From assembly GCA_963716565.1 (NCBI GenBank), contig OY970318.1:320830-384829 (forward strand): a stretch of 64,000 bases of DNA, given 5' to 3'. Origin of the DNA: an uncultured Candidatus Saccharibacteria bacterium. Its GTDB lineage: Bacteria > Patescibacteriota > Saccharimonadia > Saccharimonadales > CAIOMD01. The position numbers were made by a program, and so were the translations under genes. Below the pieces are notes generated by a model. That model was given only the letters and a program-made list of their open reading frames with translations. It was not told where the DNA came from and searched no databases. Of this stretch, positions 49,536 through 59,414 are shown piece by piece (positions within the stretch are counted from its first letter, which is position 1; each line of letters starts with the position of its first letter).

Positions 49536-50725
49536 TACTCTCCCCTTTCGTTGCTTGAATTTATTAAGCTCTTCCTCATTACGGTATAGCCTGGATATTA
49601 GAAAAACTACACCCAGTGCCATCATGGCAAATATTAAGCTTGTACCACCAGCGCTTATAAATGGCAGGGTTATACCCTTTAGCGGCAATAGACCAATCAT
49701 AGCACTAACATTAACTATCAGTCTGTATTGCAAACCAGCCAAAGACACCTGCACATATTAGTTGAGTGACCCGATTCGGTGCTCTTTGCATGACATTTAA
49801 TATTCTTAACAATAAAATTCCATACAAGACTAGCAAACACTACTAACACCTATAAAACCAAATTTTTCGGCATAGATTGCAAATATTGAGTCATTGGCTG
49901 CTTTTGGCAGATAGCCATACGCCTGGACGCTGCGCCCTAGGCCCATTCCAAACAGACCGCCACTACCAACCGCAATTAAGGCCTGGCAGGCATGATAGCC
50001 GGTACTAATACAATCTCTTTCGGGTTGGAAGAAGGTAGCTAATCGATCTCGTCGATAACTTGTACTGCTAATGGCTACAAAACTATCATCAACACAACCA
50101 AGCCCAGAAAACATTAATAATTTTTTCATAGGTAGACCGGCAACATAAGCCATAATCCCAAGCATTAAACATAATACAAGGCTGAGCCTAAATCTCGTTG
50201 TAAGCCCAACTATAATTACACTAAATAATAGCCATTAAGTAATCACCAACGGCTTAAAGGCTCTTGGATTTTAGCAGCTCGACCTGTATGAACAATGTTG
50301 CTCAAAAAGAACGCTCCATAAATAACCAACACAAACTTTACTAATTCCACCGGCTGAAACGAAAAAGCTCCTATTTGAATCCATCTGTTAGAAAGACCCC
50401 CTAAAATAATAGTTAATAACACTTAGTATAAAGGCAATTGCCAACATGCGGTATTTGCAATTTTTCCCAGGTTTCTAATTTAATTCTAGAGAACACAAAA
50501 AATAGTGCTACACCTAGTATGGCGGCAATAAATTGACGACTAACATAATAATTTTCGCTCACTCCACCACCTAAACCAGCTAAGGCCGGACTGATGGCAT
50601 ACATTACAATTAGATCCAATACCCAGTAAGATGCTCGCAATTACTAAAATACCATAATCTGGTCGATGCTTACGCACCGAAATGTTAGCTAAAAGAGATT
50701 GCCGCCGCCAGGCGGGTTCATACAA
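49535..50725 (-). pseudogene. ftsW: FtsW/RodA-family (SEDS) protein, several frameshifts
   Basis: Fragments include RKHRPDYGILVIASILLGIG and GLLPLKGITLPFISAGGTSLIF. The last fragment reads through into murG in the listed ORF. The expected stop is the TAATG overlap at 49537-49533. Confidence 0.75.
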
Positions 50726-51764
50726 ACCCTCCAGTTACCGCTAACAGTAACCAATGACGGCACAAACTTGCCCAATTACCCAAAAACGCATTGTGACTTT
50801 TGTTTCTGGCCAACCTTTTGCTTCAAAATGATGATGAATTGGTGAAATTAAGAATATCTTTTTACCGTTGTCTTAATTTTTTAGAAATATTCTGCATAAT
50901 CACCGAGCCGGTATCAACTCACAAAAACTAAACCTATAATAGGCAGTAAAATTAGCGTATCTGTAATCATCGCCACCACGCCTAGAGCAGTACCTAAAGC
51001 AAAACTACCTATATCACCCATAAAGAATCTAGCTGGAAAAATATTAAACCAAATATAGGCTAACAGAGAACCAACGATTGTAAAACAAAAAGCTGCTACT
51101 CCGTATCGTTGTTGCATAATTGCAATTAGGGTATAGGCTGCAAAAGCCGTAGACAGCTAAACCACCAGCTAAACCATCTAAGCCCATCCGAAATATTAAC
51201 GGCATTGGCAGTTGCTACTACCACAAATACAAAAACGGAATAATTAGCCAGCCAATTGCAATCATTGGCCCACTGCCTGGTAAATGAAAAGAATCTACGC
51301 CTAACTTGGCATAAAACCACCAGCCACCAATTAAGGCTACACCGCTTATTAGTAAAAGTTTGATTTTTGATCTTAGCCCAGCTATACCAGTACCGTCGCC
51401 CCTAATATTAATAATGTCATCTATTAAACCAACTAATCCAGCGCCAACCATGGCGGCTAACGGTAACCAAGTTTGTTCACGACTTAAATTTAAACTAGGC
51501 AGTTACAATAGCTACGGCCATAACAATAATAATTCCAGCCATAGTTGGAATATGGCGACGATGTTTTGCAGCATGTAGTTTTTGAAGCATTACTGCCTTT
51601 TTACCTGCTACATCTGTAGTTCTAGGCCGCTTCCACCACTGTCTTTTATAGGCAATATAAGTATACAAAGGCGTAATTAAAATACTCAACGCAAAACCCA
51701 AGAATGCCAATAGTAAAATATGCTCTAAGGTTGATGTTTCTATCGACAGATTGATGTTCGACAT
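50718..51764 (-). pseudogene. mraY: phospho-N-acetylmuramoyl-pentapeptide transferase MraY, several frameshifts
   Basis: Fragments include GLIDDIINIRG, ANAVNISDGL, FMGDIGSFALGTALGVVA and [14 protein letters not shown], spread over 4 or more frames. Confidence 0.8.
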
Positions 51765-51839
51765 ATGATTTTTCTTCCTTTGACTGTTTGTTTTTTACTT
51801 ATCGTTACGTTATATTATACCATCTTTATTAAGATAAAT

Positions 51840-53657
51840 CTAGCTTGATGGGATAGCAAAATTATCAATAAATTGGCTAACTAGCTCAGCCCAAACTTTG
51901 CAGGCTTCATAGCTAGCCAAATTACCAGTTTTTGGTTCATCAAGCCTGAGCATCATAATGTATTTAATATCCCCGCTAGCTCCGGCAATATAACCAATAT
52001 AAGTACCATTATATAAATTTTGTTTATAGCCACCAAGGCCATCGGCAACTTGGGCAGTACCACTCTTACCACCCAAAATATAGCCAGCTCTAATTGCCCA
52101 AGGATAGTTGTACTCTAAGGCGTTTTTAGTCATTTCTTTTACCCAATTACTAGCTGTGGCCGAAACAATACCGCTAGCTTTTACGATCCCCTGCTGCGTA
52201 GTTAGGCCACCGCTTTCGTCAGTACTAGCAATTAAGGTCGGTTGATAATAAGTGCCACCATTTACAACAGCGTTAAATGCTCCCACGAGTTGGATTGGGG
52301 TTATGCTGAACCCCTGCCCAAAGGCCATATTGGCATAGTTAACGTTTAGACCATACCCTTCGTTGGGTGGATTAATGTAACCAGTAGTTTCACCAGTTTG
52401 TTCAATGCCGGTGATTTCGTCAAACAAATAATGATTGGTCAGGTAGTTATACCATGTAGATCTAGCCTGTTCATTAATTTCGCCACCACCAAAGGTTTTT
52501 AAGACATACACCGCACCGGTGTTTAATGAATAGTTGATTATATCCCTAGGTGTCATCATTCGAGCACCATAAGAAAACACATTTGTTATCGTACTGTCAT
52601 CCACCTGAACATAGCCCGGTTCCCAATATTGGGTATCGGGCGTAATGGTGCCTGCGGTAAAAGCTGCGCCCATTAGAAGCGGCTTTACAACCGAACCTGG
52701 CTCCCACACATTAGTGACTATTGGATTTTTAAAGATATCTATGTCACTGATTTTATCGAATTGGCTTGGATCATAACCCGGATAGTTGGCCATAGCTTTA
52801 ATAGCACCGGTTTTAGAATCCATTATTATAGCATTGCCCCTAATCGCTAGCGTTCTATCAACTCCACTTTTTAATACATCTTCTGCTAATTTTTGCATAC
52901 CCAAATCAATAGTTAAAGTAATGTCCTTACCGGAAGTTGGTTGTTGTAAGATATTGTCATTGCTTACAGCTAGCGGTATGCCCCTAACATCAGTAACAGC
53001 CTTTTCTAGGCCGGGCTTCCCAGATAATTCTTCGTTCATATAGCCCTCTATGCCGTACTGTCCTGCACCGTCATCATTCACGAACCCAAGCACTTGAGCC
53101 GCTAAGCTACCCTGCGGGTACGTCCTGATATGAGTCTCTTTTTTTCCTATGCCGCTAAGCTCTAAGGCTTCAATTTGATCAGCTTGCTCTTTTGTAAACT
53201 TTTTTGCCAAGACTTCGTAGCGGCTATCGGCTGCTGATAATTTTTCAATAAGAGCGTTTTTTTCGCCCCCAATTATGCTAATTAATTTATCAGCCGTAGC
53301 TTCGGGGTCCTTAATATAACCCGGATCGGCATAGATTGTATAGCGCTCCTCGTTCAGGACAACCGGTACCGTTTGATTGCCATCCGTCATCCTTATAATG
53401 CCCCTAGGGGCGGCAATCTCAAATTTTTTAGTATGTTCGGCTAAGGCTTGGGCCTCATAATAATCATGTCTAATAATCTGAATATAAAAAAGGCGCCCGA
53501 TTAAAATAGCGCCAAACGCCAACAATAACACTCTTAGAACCTGAATGTGGTTTACCCTAGTCTTTGGCGGGTCATAATAACGATTATTACTGTAATTCAC
53601 GGGTCCCCGTTTTAAAACATTGTTAGTCGGTGGCAAAAGCCGTAGGCTTAGTTTCAT
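51840..53657 (-). CDS. ftsI: penicillin-binding protein 3-like transpeptidase
   Basis: TM helix; SVVKP (SxxK), SLN (SxN), KSGTA (KTG-like). Intact. Confidence 0.85.
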   Translation of the reverse strand: MKLSLRLLPPTNNVLKRGPVNYSNNRYYDPPKTRVNHIQVLRVLLLAFGAILIGRLFYIQIIRHDYYEAQALAEHTKKFEIAAPRGIIRMTDGNQTVPVVLNEERYTIYADPGYIKDPEATADKLISIIGGEKNALIEKLSAADSRYEVLAKKFTKEQADQIEALELSGIGKKETHIRTYPQGSLAAQVLGFVNDDGAGQYGIEGYMNEELSGKPGLEKAVTDVRGIPLAVSNDNILQQPTSGKDITLTIDLGMQKLAEDVLKSGVDRTLAIRGNAIIMDSKTGAIKAMANYPGYDPSQFDKISDIDIFKNPIVTNVWEPGSVVKPLLMGAAFTAGTITPDTQYWEPGYVQVDDSTITNVFSYGARMMTPRDIINYSLNTGAVYVLKTFGGGEINEQARSTWYNYLTNHYLFDEITGIEQTGETTGYINPPNEGYGLNVNYANMAFGQGFSITPIQLVGAFNAVVNGGTYYQPTLIASTDESGGLTTQQGIVKASGIVSATASNWVKEMTKNALEYNYPWAIRAGYILGGKSGTAQVADGLGGYKQNLYNGTYIGYIAGASGDIKYIMMLRLDEPKTGNLASYEACKVWAELVSQFIDNFAIPSS

Positions 53658-53970
53658 TCATAGACTGCGTTACGGTTGAAGTTTGAACTCTTTCTAGACT
53701 TTGCAAACGTACCGATTCTACTTCTAAACTGGCATACTCTTCTTTAAGTTGGCTTTGTCTGGTAGTAAGCTCGCTTAATTTATAACCTAGAGCATTCGTT
53801 CTTGTTACTTGAGTCAAATACATTAAACCAAGTAAGCAGACCACTAATACCAATACAATAGCGTTAGATATTGGGCCCAGTCCCTTGCGACTGGCACTTA
53901 TTGTCACTACATTTCGATTACGTTGATATGCCGCTTGGCGGCTAATTAATACACTTTTTCCGTATGTCAT
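53623..53970 (-). CDS. FtsL-like small bitopic division protein
   Basis: Position between rsmH and ftsI; one TM helix and a coiled-coil-like segment LSELTTRQSQLKEEYASLEVE. I prefer the ATG at 53970 over the TTG at 54012. Confidence 0.5.
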   Translation of the reverse strand: MTYGKSVLISRQAAYQRNRNVVTISASRKGLGPISNAIVLVLVVCLLGLMYLTQVTRTNALGYKLSELTTRQSQLKEEYASLEVESVRLQSLERVQTSTVTQSMNETKPTAFATD

Positions 53971-54052
53971 TTTTGTTTTTCTTTGTGCTTGGTCCGGCAG
54001 TTGCCGGGCCAAGCTTTTTTATGGGTCAGTTGCAACTAACTCTTGGATGCAG

Positions 54053-54994
54053 TTATAAAACTGTTACCTGAATTTTGTAAGCTACTGACCGACCAGTGAC
54101 TTTAATTCTCATCGCTGGTCCTTTCTTTTTTTTATTTTTTACGGCGGCTCGCAGTTTGGCACTGCGGGCTCGCGGATTAAGAACAATTTCAGTTTTGCCC
54201 GCTACAATCGGGTGTTTGTTTACTAGCTCTAAGGATTTGTCATAGGTATCTTCTGATTGTTCGGCAAAAAATTGTTTAACAATGCGGTCTTCTAAACTGT
54301 GGAAGCTGATAATCGCTATCCGACCACCTGGCTTTAATAGCTTAAGCCACAGAGGCAGAGAGGCTTCTAACAGTCCGAGCTCGTTATTTACCGCTATCCT
54401 TATTGCCTGAAAGGTGCGAGTAGCCGGATGAATGGCCGACCACTTGCCCGATTGGCGAGCAATTACTTTGGCGAGTTCAGTCGTATCAGCTATTGGTCTA
54501 GCTTCTACGATCTTTTGGCTAATTAACCGAGCTTTTGGTTCTTCACCATATTCTCGAATAATGCTTTCTAGTTGTTCTTGGCTCCATTCGTTTACGATTG
54601 TTTCGGCAGTCATTGTTTGCTGCTGATCCATCCGCATATCTAGTGGCCCAGTTCTTTGAAAGCTAAAGCCTCGACTCGCCGTGTTAAGGTGCTGTGACGA
54701 TACGCCCAAGTCGGCTAAAATCAGATCAAACTTTGTGCCCCGGCTAGCTAGTAACTTCGCAGCTTCGTAAAAATCACTTTTGATGATTTCTATACCTTTG
54801 CTAGCAAATTTGGCACTTAAGTAATCTATTGCCGTTTGGTCACGATCAACCAATACGCTTCCCGTATATTCATTAGTCGCTTCTAACACTGCCTGGGCAT
54901 GGCCGCCAAACCCGGCGGTTGCGTCCAAATACAGCTCCCCCCTTTTAGGGGCAAGTAACTTTAATACTTCGGATAGTAATACTGGTTCATGCAT
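54053..54994 (-). CDS. rsmH: 16S rRNA (cytosine1402-N4)-methyltransferase
   Basis: MHEPVLL...DATAGFGGHA...ISFHSLEDR. Confidence 0.9.
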   Translation of the reverse strand: MHEPVLLSEVLKLLAPKRGELYLDATAGFGGHAQAVLEATNEYTGSVLVDRDQTAIDYLSAKFASKGIEIIKSDFYEAAKLLASRGTKFDLILADLGVSSQHLNTASRGFSFQRTGPLDMRMDQQQTMTAETIVNEWSQEQLESIIREYGEEPKARLISQKIVEARPIADTTELAKVIARQSGKWSAIHPATRTFQAIRIAVNNELGLLEASLPLWLKLLKPGGRIAIISFHSLEDRIVKQFFAEQSEDTYDKSLELVNKHPIVAGKTEIVLNPRARSAKLRAAVKNKKKKGPAMRIKVTGRSVAYKIQVTVL

Positions 54995-55299
54995 ATTTGT
55001 TTTTGTGTTTATTTTTGCAAGGTCACCGATTCAGCAGCCAACTTTTTGTTTTTTTGATAGTTTTTGTTTTTGATTTGGTAGCGTCTAATCGTTGAAATTC
55101 AAATGCGAATTTGAAAAATTTGCTTAATGTTCAACTGACTACTACCTAAGTTTTGAGAGACTTATGTGTGAGGTGGAGTTTTGGGAGGTGTTTTGTTAGA
55201 CAAAGTACGAGGATTTTTAGCGTAGATTCCTAAAGCTACGTGTTGACTGCCGAATCGCTAATCTCGAGTCGGTCTTTTTTAAGTTGTTAAAGAGCCTTC

Positions 55300-55659
55300 T
55301 TATTTAGCCATTAAGCGCCAGTAAGCGCCTGCCCTAACCGCAACGACATCTCTCTTTATACCGGCATATTTTAGATGGTGCAGCTCCAAGGTAAATCTAC
55401 CTTGCTTGCCATCTAGCTGGCCGGTAGCCTTACCTGTTCTAAACTGTACGTTTAGATCGGCTACCTTCTCGTCTAGGATGTGGCCGCTTAGTTCCGGCTC
55501 TACCTTTTTGTCCCAGACTTCTTGAGAGTATAGATGTAAATATTTGCCGAAGCCGCGGGTTACGACTATTCCGCTTTTGAACTCACTTCGAAGCTCGGCC
55601 GGTATAGTTAACCGGTGTTTCTCGTCGAGCTTTCGTTCGAAGTAGTCTACGGTGGCCAT
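55300..55659 (-). CDS. mraZ: transcriptional regulator MraZ
   Basis: First gene of the dcw cluster, with two SpoVT/AbrB-like halves (DEKHRLTIPAELR and DGKQGRFTLELHHL). Confidence 0.8.
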   Translation of the reverse strand: MATVDYFERKLDEKHRLTIPAELRSEFKSGIVVTRGFGKYLHLYSQEVWDKKVEPELSGHILDEKVADLNVQFRTGKATGQLDGKQGRFTLELHHLKYAGIKRDVVAVRAGAYWRLMAK

Positions 55660-55694
55660 TTGTTCTTACAGTGGTTTTTGTTTGTCTGTGGCGT

Positions 55695-55742
55695 TACCCA
55701 CATTTACCCACTGCATTGAGCATACTACCCACTCGTACCCAC
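55695..55742 (-). promoter_or_regulatory. four phased GTGGGTA boxes (putative MraZ operator)
   Basis: TACCCAC occurs on the plus strand at 55695, 55705, 55726 and 55736, giving spacings of 10, 21 and 10 bp. The boxes lie 36-83 bp upstream of the mraZ ATG. Boxes 2 and 4 are extended to TACCCACTGCA. Confidence 0.5.
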
Positions 55743-55816
55743 TGCAAGAAGCTTTTTTACAATCTTGACTAAACTGTCCCCCACTTATCCACAATTCGTT
55801 CGCTAATTTTTCGTAT

Positions 55817-56650
55817 TTAGTTAGTTTGATGCTCTAAAATGTAGTTATTAGCATGAAGCCAGCCTTGAACCGTTCCGCCGTCTAGATATTTACCACTGGC
55901 TTCACCCACAACCAATTTATTACCGTCTTCAACGTAAGCATTAATAGCATCGATTATCATATATTCGCCAGTATGGGGATAATTAATATCTCGTTCAATA
56001 TACTGGAACATCTTTTGGTCAAACAGATATATGCTAGCGTTATTTAGCGTACTGGGGGTGTTTTCTGGGTCGGGATGCTCAATAATACGCTTGTACCATC
56101 CGTCGCTATCTTGTTCTATAACCCCATATTTTTTAACATCTTCACGAGGTACGTTTACTCCAAGCAGCCCAGATGTAACACCTTTAGAAGCGACCGCATC
56201 GATTAAGTCGGCCAGGTTAGAACCACCATCTTCCCTATAAAAAAACTGGTCTCCCATGATTACCAGCACCGGTTCGTCTGGCGTAACGTATTCACGACAT
56301 AGCCAAACCGGTACGGTTGTCCCGTACCTGCCCTCTGGCTGGACGACATACTTAAAACTTACACCTTTGGGTGGCTGTATTAACTCAACCATATCAACTT
56401 TGCCTTTTTCTTGAAGATGTTTTTCGAGAGCTAGGTTGCGATCGTAATAGGATCTGAGTTGGCTGGATTGTTCATTAACTACAAAAATAATCTCTGTTAT
56501 GCCGGCTTTAACGCAATCAGCAACCACAAAATCAATTATTGGCCGATTACCAATGGGCACCATGCATTTTTCAATTGCCTTAGTCAGCGGTAAGCGCCTA
56601 GTTCCATACCCTGCTACAGGGATTATTGCTTTTGTAGGTCGTTTGTCCAT
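55817..56650 (-). CDS. galU: UTP--glucose-1-phosphate uridylyltransferase
   Basis: AIIPVAGYGTRRLPLTKA and the nucleotidyltransferase fold pattern. Confidence 0.8.
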   Translation of the reverse strand: MDKRPTKAIIPVAGYGTRRLPLTKAIEKCMVPIGNRPIIDFVVADCVKAGITEIIFVVNEQSSQLRSYYDRNLALEKHLQEKGKVDMVELIQPPKGVSFKYVVQPEGRYGTTVPVWLCREYVTPDEPVLVIMGDQFFYREDGGSNLADLIDAVASKGVTSGLLGVNVPREDVKKYGVIEQDSDGWYKRIIEHPDPENTPSTLNNASIYLFDQKMFQYIERDINYPHTGEYMIIDAINAYVEDGNKLVVGEASGKYLDGGTVQGWLHANNYILEHQTN

Positions 56651-56670
56651 ACGGGTATTCTCCTTACAAT

Positions 56671-57921
56671 TTATTGATTGTCTTTACGTTTTTTAAGCTC
56701 TTCAGCCCACCACAAGGCACTCGGCCGGATGGTTCGCTTCATGGTCGCTCGGTTCACATCTACTAGTCCAAACTTCGGCCACCAGCCATCGGCCCATTCA
56801 AAGTTATCTAACAAACTCCAGTGCAGATAGCCCATTACAGGGATTCCTTGCGACCTGGCGGTATCGATAGCTATCATCGTTTCTTTTAGCCACCATTGAC
56901 GATATTGGTCCTTTTCATCAGCCAAACCATTTTCGGTAATTAAAATTGGCTTATTTGGATAGTGGGCATTGGTGCGCTGAAGTATTTCTAGCAATCCGGC
57001 CGGAAATAAATATTTACCGTTATCACCTAGAGGTGAAGATAATTGGACCCGCTTAACGCCTTTGTAATAATCGGTAAAATAGTAGTTTATACCTATAAAG
57101 TCTTGGTAATGACGAAGGCGATTTAAGAACCACCAGTTCCACCAGTAGCGCATTATTTCGACTATTGTCTGGTCTGAAATATAACTAGGCCTATAAGCTT
57201 GAATATTAGCCAAGTGCTGAGCAAGGCCGACTTTTAGTTTGGGTTTAGCCTTTTTTAATACCTTCCAGGCTACTTTATGCGCTTTTAGCAGATTTAAATA
57301 TACCCAAACAGCTTTGAGCTTATTTTTCTCTTGAGGCGGCCATAACCCTTCGCTGTAGCCAAAGGCCATATAAACATTTGGCTCGTTAAGGGTAATTACG
57401 TAATCCACCTCGTCTAATAGCTCTTCGGCAATTTTTTTAACGTAGGCTTTGAAATATTTTATATTGCGCCTTTTAGCAAAACCGCCTCTTTCGGCGAACC
57501 AGACCGGGAATGTCCAGTGCCAAAGATTCAAGAATGGTTCTATGCCCTGGGCCCGCAATTCGTGAATATATTCTTTATAATGATCAATCGCTTCTTGGTT
57601 CCAAACACCTTCTTCTGGTGCAATCCTAGACCATTGGGTGCTAAACCTAAAAGCATTCAAATTAAGCTTTTTTAAGATGGCAAAGTCTTCTTTGTAATGT
57701 TCATAATGCTCCATCCCGTGACCAGAAATATAGTTTTGCGGGTTAGTGGCCTGGCCTTTTATCTCTTGCCAGTTAGGCTGCCAGCCGTAACGCTGATGGG
57801 CAGCTTTGGCTAACCTTTCAGCATTGGTTTTCTCCCAACACGTCCACTGGTTTTGAGTATGCCCTTCTACCTGGTGGCTAGCCGTACTAGCGCCCCAAAA
57901 GAATTTGTTGCTTTTCATCAC
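56671..57921 (-). CDS. glycoside hydrolase family 1 (beta-glucosidase-like)
   Basis: Acid/base TLNEPN and nucleophile ITENG. Confidence 0.85.
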   Translation of the reverse strand: MMKSNKFFWGASTASHQVEGHTQNQWTCWEKTNAERLAKAAHQRYGWQPNWQEIKGQATNPQNYISGHGMEHYEHYKEDFAILKKLNLNAFRFSTQWSRIAPEEGVWNQEAIDHYKEYIHELRAQGIEPFLNLWHWTFPVWFAERGGFAKRRNIKYFKAYVKKIAEELLDEVDYVITLNEPNVYMAFGYSEGLWPPQEKNKLKAVWVYLNLLKAHKVAWKVLKKAKPKLKVGLAQHLANIQAYRPSYISDQTIVEIMRYWWNWWFLNRLRHYQDFIGINYYFTDYYKGVKRVQLSSPLGDNGKYLFPAGLLEILQRTNAHYPNKPILITENGLADEKDQYRQWWLKETMIAIDTARSQGIPVMGYLHWSLLDNFEWADGWWPKFGLVDVNRATMKRTIRPSALWWAEELKKRKDNQ

Positions 57922-57923
57922 AA

Positions 57924-58157
57924 CTATTGTACTAGATTGTCGGCTTTTATAATGACTGTTTTAATATTGCTTGTTTTGCCGGTAGTTATTTGGACTACCG
58001 ATTTTGATACGTCAAACTTCTTGGCTAGCAGTTCAATAACGCGCTTATTTGCCTTGCCTTCAACCGCCGGCTCTTTAACTGAGACAATGTAAATACCCTC
58101 CTGCAAGATGACACTTTCGATTTTTTTGTTAGTTCTAACTTTGATTTTTATCTTCAT
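57924..58157 (-). CDS. DUF167 (YggU-like) protein
   Basis: VKEPAVEGKANKRVIELLAKKF pattern; 77 aa. Confidence 0.6.
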   Translation of the reverse strand: MKIKIKVRTNKKIESVILQEGIYIVSVKEPAVEGKANKRVIELLAKKFDVSKSVVQITTGKTSNIKTVIIKADNLVQ

Positions 58158-58869
58158 TTTTCAAATCCATATAATAACGTTTTTTGGTCTCTGGAGTTTT
58201 TTCTAGCGCATAGCGTAGAGCTGTTCGTGGCATGCTGGCAGCATATTTATCTAGAAATTGTTCTAATAAACTATCATCTAGCTTGCCCATTTCTCTTAAG
58301 GCCCAGCCGACAGCTTTTTGCAGTAAATCGTGTTTTTCGTACACCAATATCTCGGCCAAATTATATGTATCGCCAGGTTCGCCTTGGCGTAAAAACCAAA
58401 AAGTACTGATTATACTGACCCGTTTTTGCCATAAATCGCCCTTTGCCAAGTTATACAAAACATCGTGGTCTTTCTTAGACAGATAAGCGCCAACTATTCT
58501 GGGACAACTGATGTCAACTAAGTCCCAATTATTAATACCCCTGCCAATCTGCTTTAGATACAGATCAAATAGAGCCTTTTGCTGTGCAGCATCGGCTTTA
58601 GGAAATTGCGTTACCATAGCCACAAGTGCCGCCAAACGAACTTCGTGCCATCTGTTGTTTAGCAAGATATCAAGGTCTCCAATTGTTAAATCGGCGGTAA
58701 AATCTTTAACAATCGCTCGAGTTTGTGGCACTTTTAAGCCCAAAAATCTATCGCCCTCACCGTATTCCCCCGGCCCCGTTTTAAAAAACCTCTGCAAAAG
58801 TAATGCCTGGCTGGAATTGCCACCTTGCTTTAAGGAGTTTACTAATTTGTTGGCTGCTGTTAGAGACAT
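58135..58869 (-). CDS. DNA alkylation repair protein (AlkC/AlkD-like HEAT repeat)
   Basis: RFFKTGPGEYGEGDRFLGLKVPQTR and WDLVD motifs typical of the family. Confidence 0.7.
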   Translation of the reverse strand: MSLTAANKLVNSLKQGGNSSQALLLQRFFKTGPGEYGEGDRFLGLKVPQTRAIVKDFTADLTIGDLDILLNNRWHEVRLAALVAMVTQFPKADAAQQKALFDLYLKQIGRGINNWDLVDISCPRIVGAYLSKKDHDVLYNLAKGDLWQKRVSIISTFWFLRQGEPGDTYNLAEILVYEKHDLLQKAVGWALREMGKLDDSLLEQFLDKYAASMPRTALRYALEKTPETKKRYYMDLKNEDKNQS

Positions 58870-59414
58870 TACACCAAACCTTTTTTAACCATTTTACGAT
58901 ATTCACTGGCATTGATAATGGTTTTTGGGTCAGTCACCAAATCGGTAAATAGAATCCCGTTTAAATGATCTACTTCGTGTTGTATCACGTGAGCCTCTAA
59001 ACCATCAAAGTCTCTCTGGATCTCCTTGCCATGCTCATTAAAATAATTAACTTTAATCTTTTGATGCCGCATTGCTTTAGCAAACAATTTTGCGTAAACA
59101 ACGCTAAAGCAACCTTCCCACATACTAGTTTTTACACCGTACGTCTTTACAATTTTTGGATTTATTAATACAAGCTCTGTTCTGGATAAGTATGGTCTGT
59201 TGGGAGTGGGCTTTATAGCGATTACAGACAACATAATACTTTTACCAACTTGTGGAGCCGACATGCCAAGACCGTAATTCTTGTTTTCTACAGCATATTT
59301 TAGGTCTTTAATAAATTGCCTTATCTCCTCTGATTGGATTTCTGGCATACTAAGAGGTCTAGCTTTTTGGCGCAAAACTGGATCACCAGCTTGTCTAACT
59401 CTTAATGTTTTCAT
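58869..59414 (-). CDS. def: peptide deformylase
   Basis: GLGMSAPQVG, EGCFSV, HEVDHLNG. Confidence 0.9.
   Translation of the reverse strand: MKTLRVRQAGDPVLRQKARPLSMPEIQSEEIRQFIKDLKYAVENKNYGLGMSAPQVGKSIMLSVIAIKPTPNRPYLSRTELVLINPKIVKTYGVKTSMWEGCFSVVYAKLFAKAMRHQKIKVNYFNEHGKEIQRDFDGLEAHVIQHEVDHLNGILFTDLVTDPKTIINASEYRKMVKKGLV

Noticed and set aside
39675-51764. Alternative genetic code (for example UGA recoding as in some CPR lineages) as the cause of the fragmented ORFs
   Set aside because: Homology continues in a different reading frame at each break, so the breaks are frameshifts, not in-frame stops. Genes outside the block read cleanly with the standard code.
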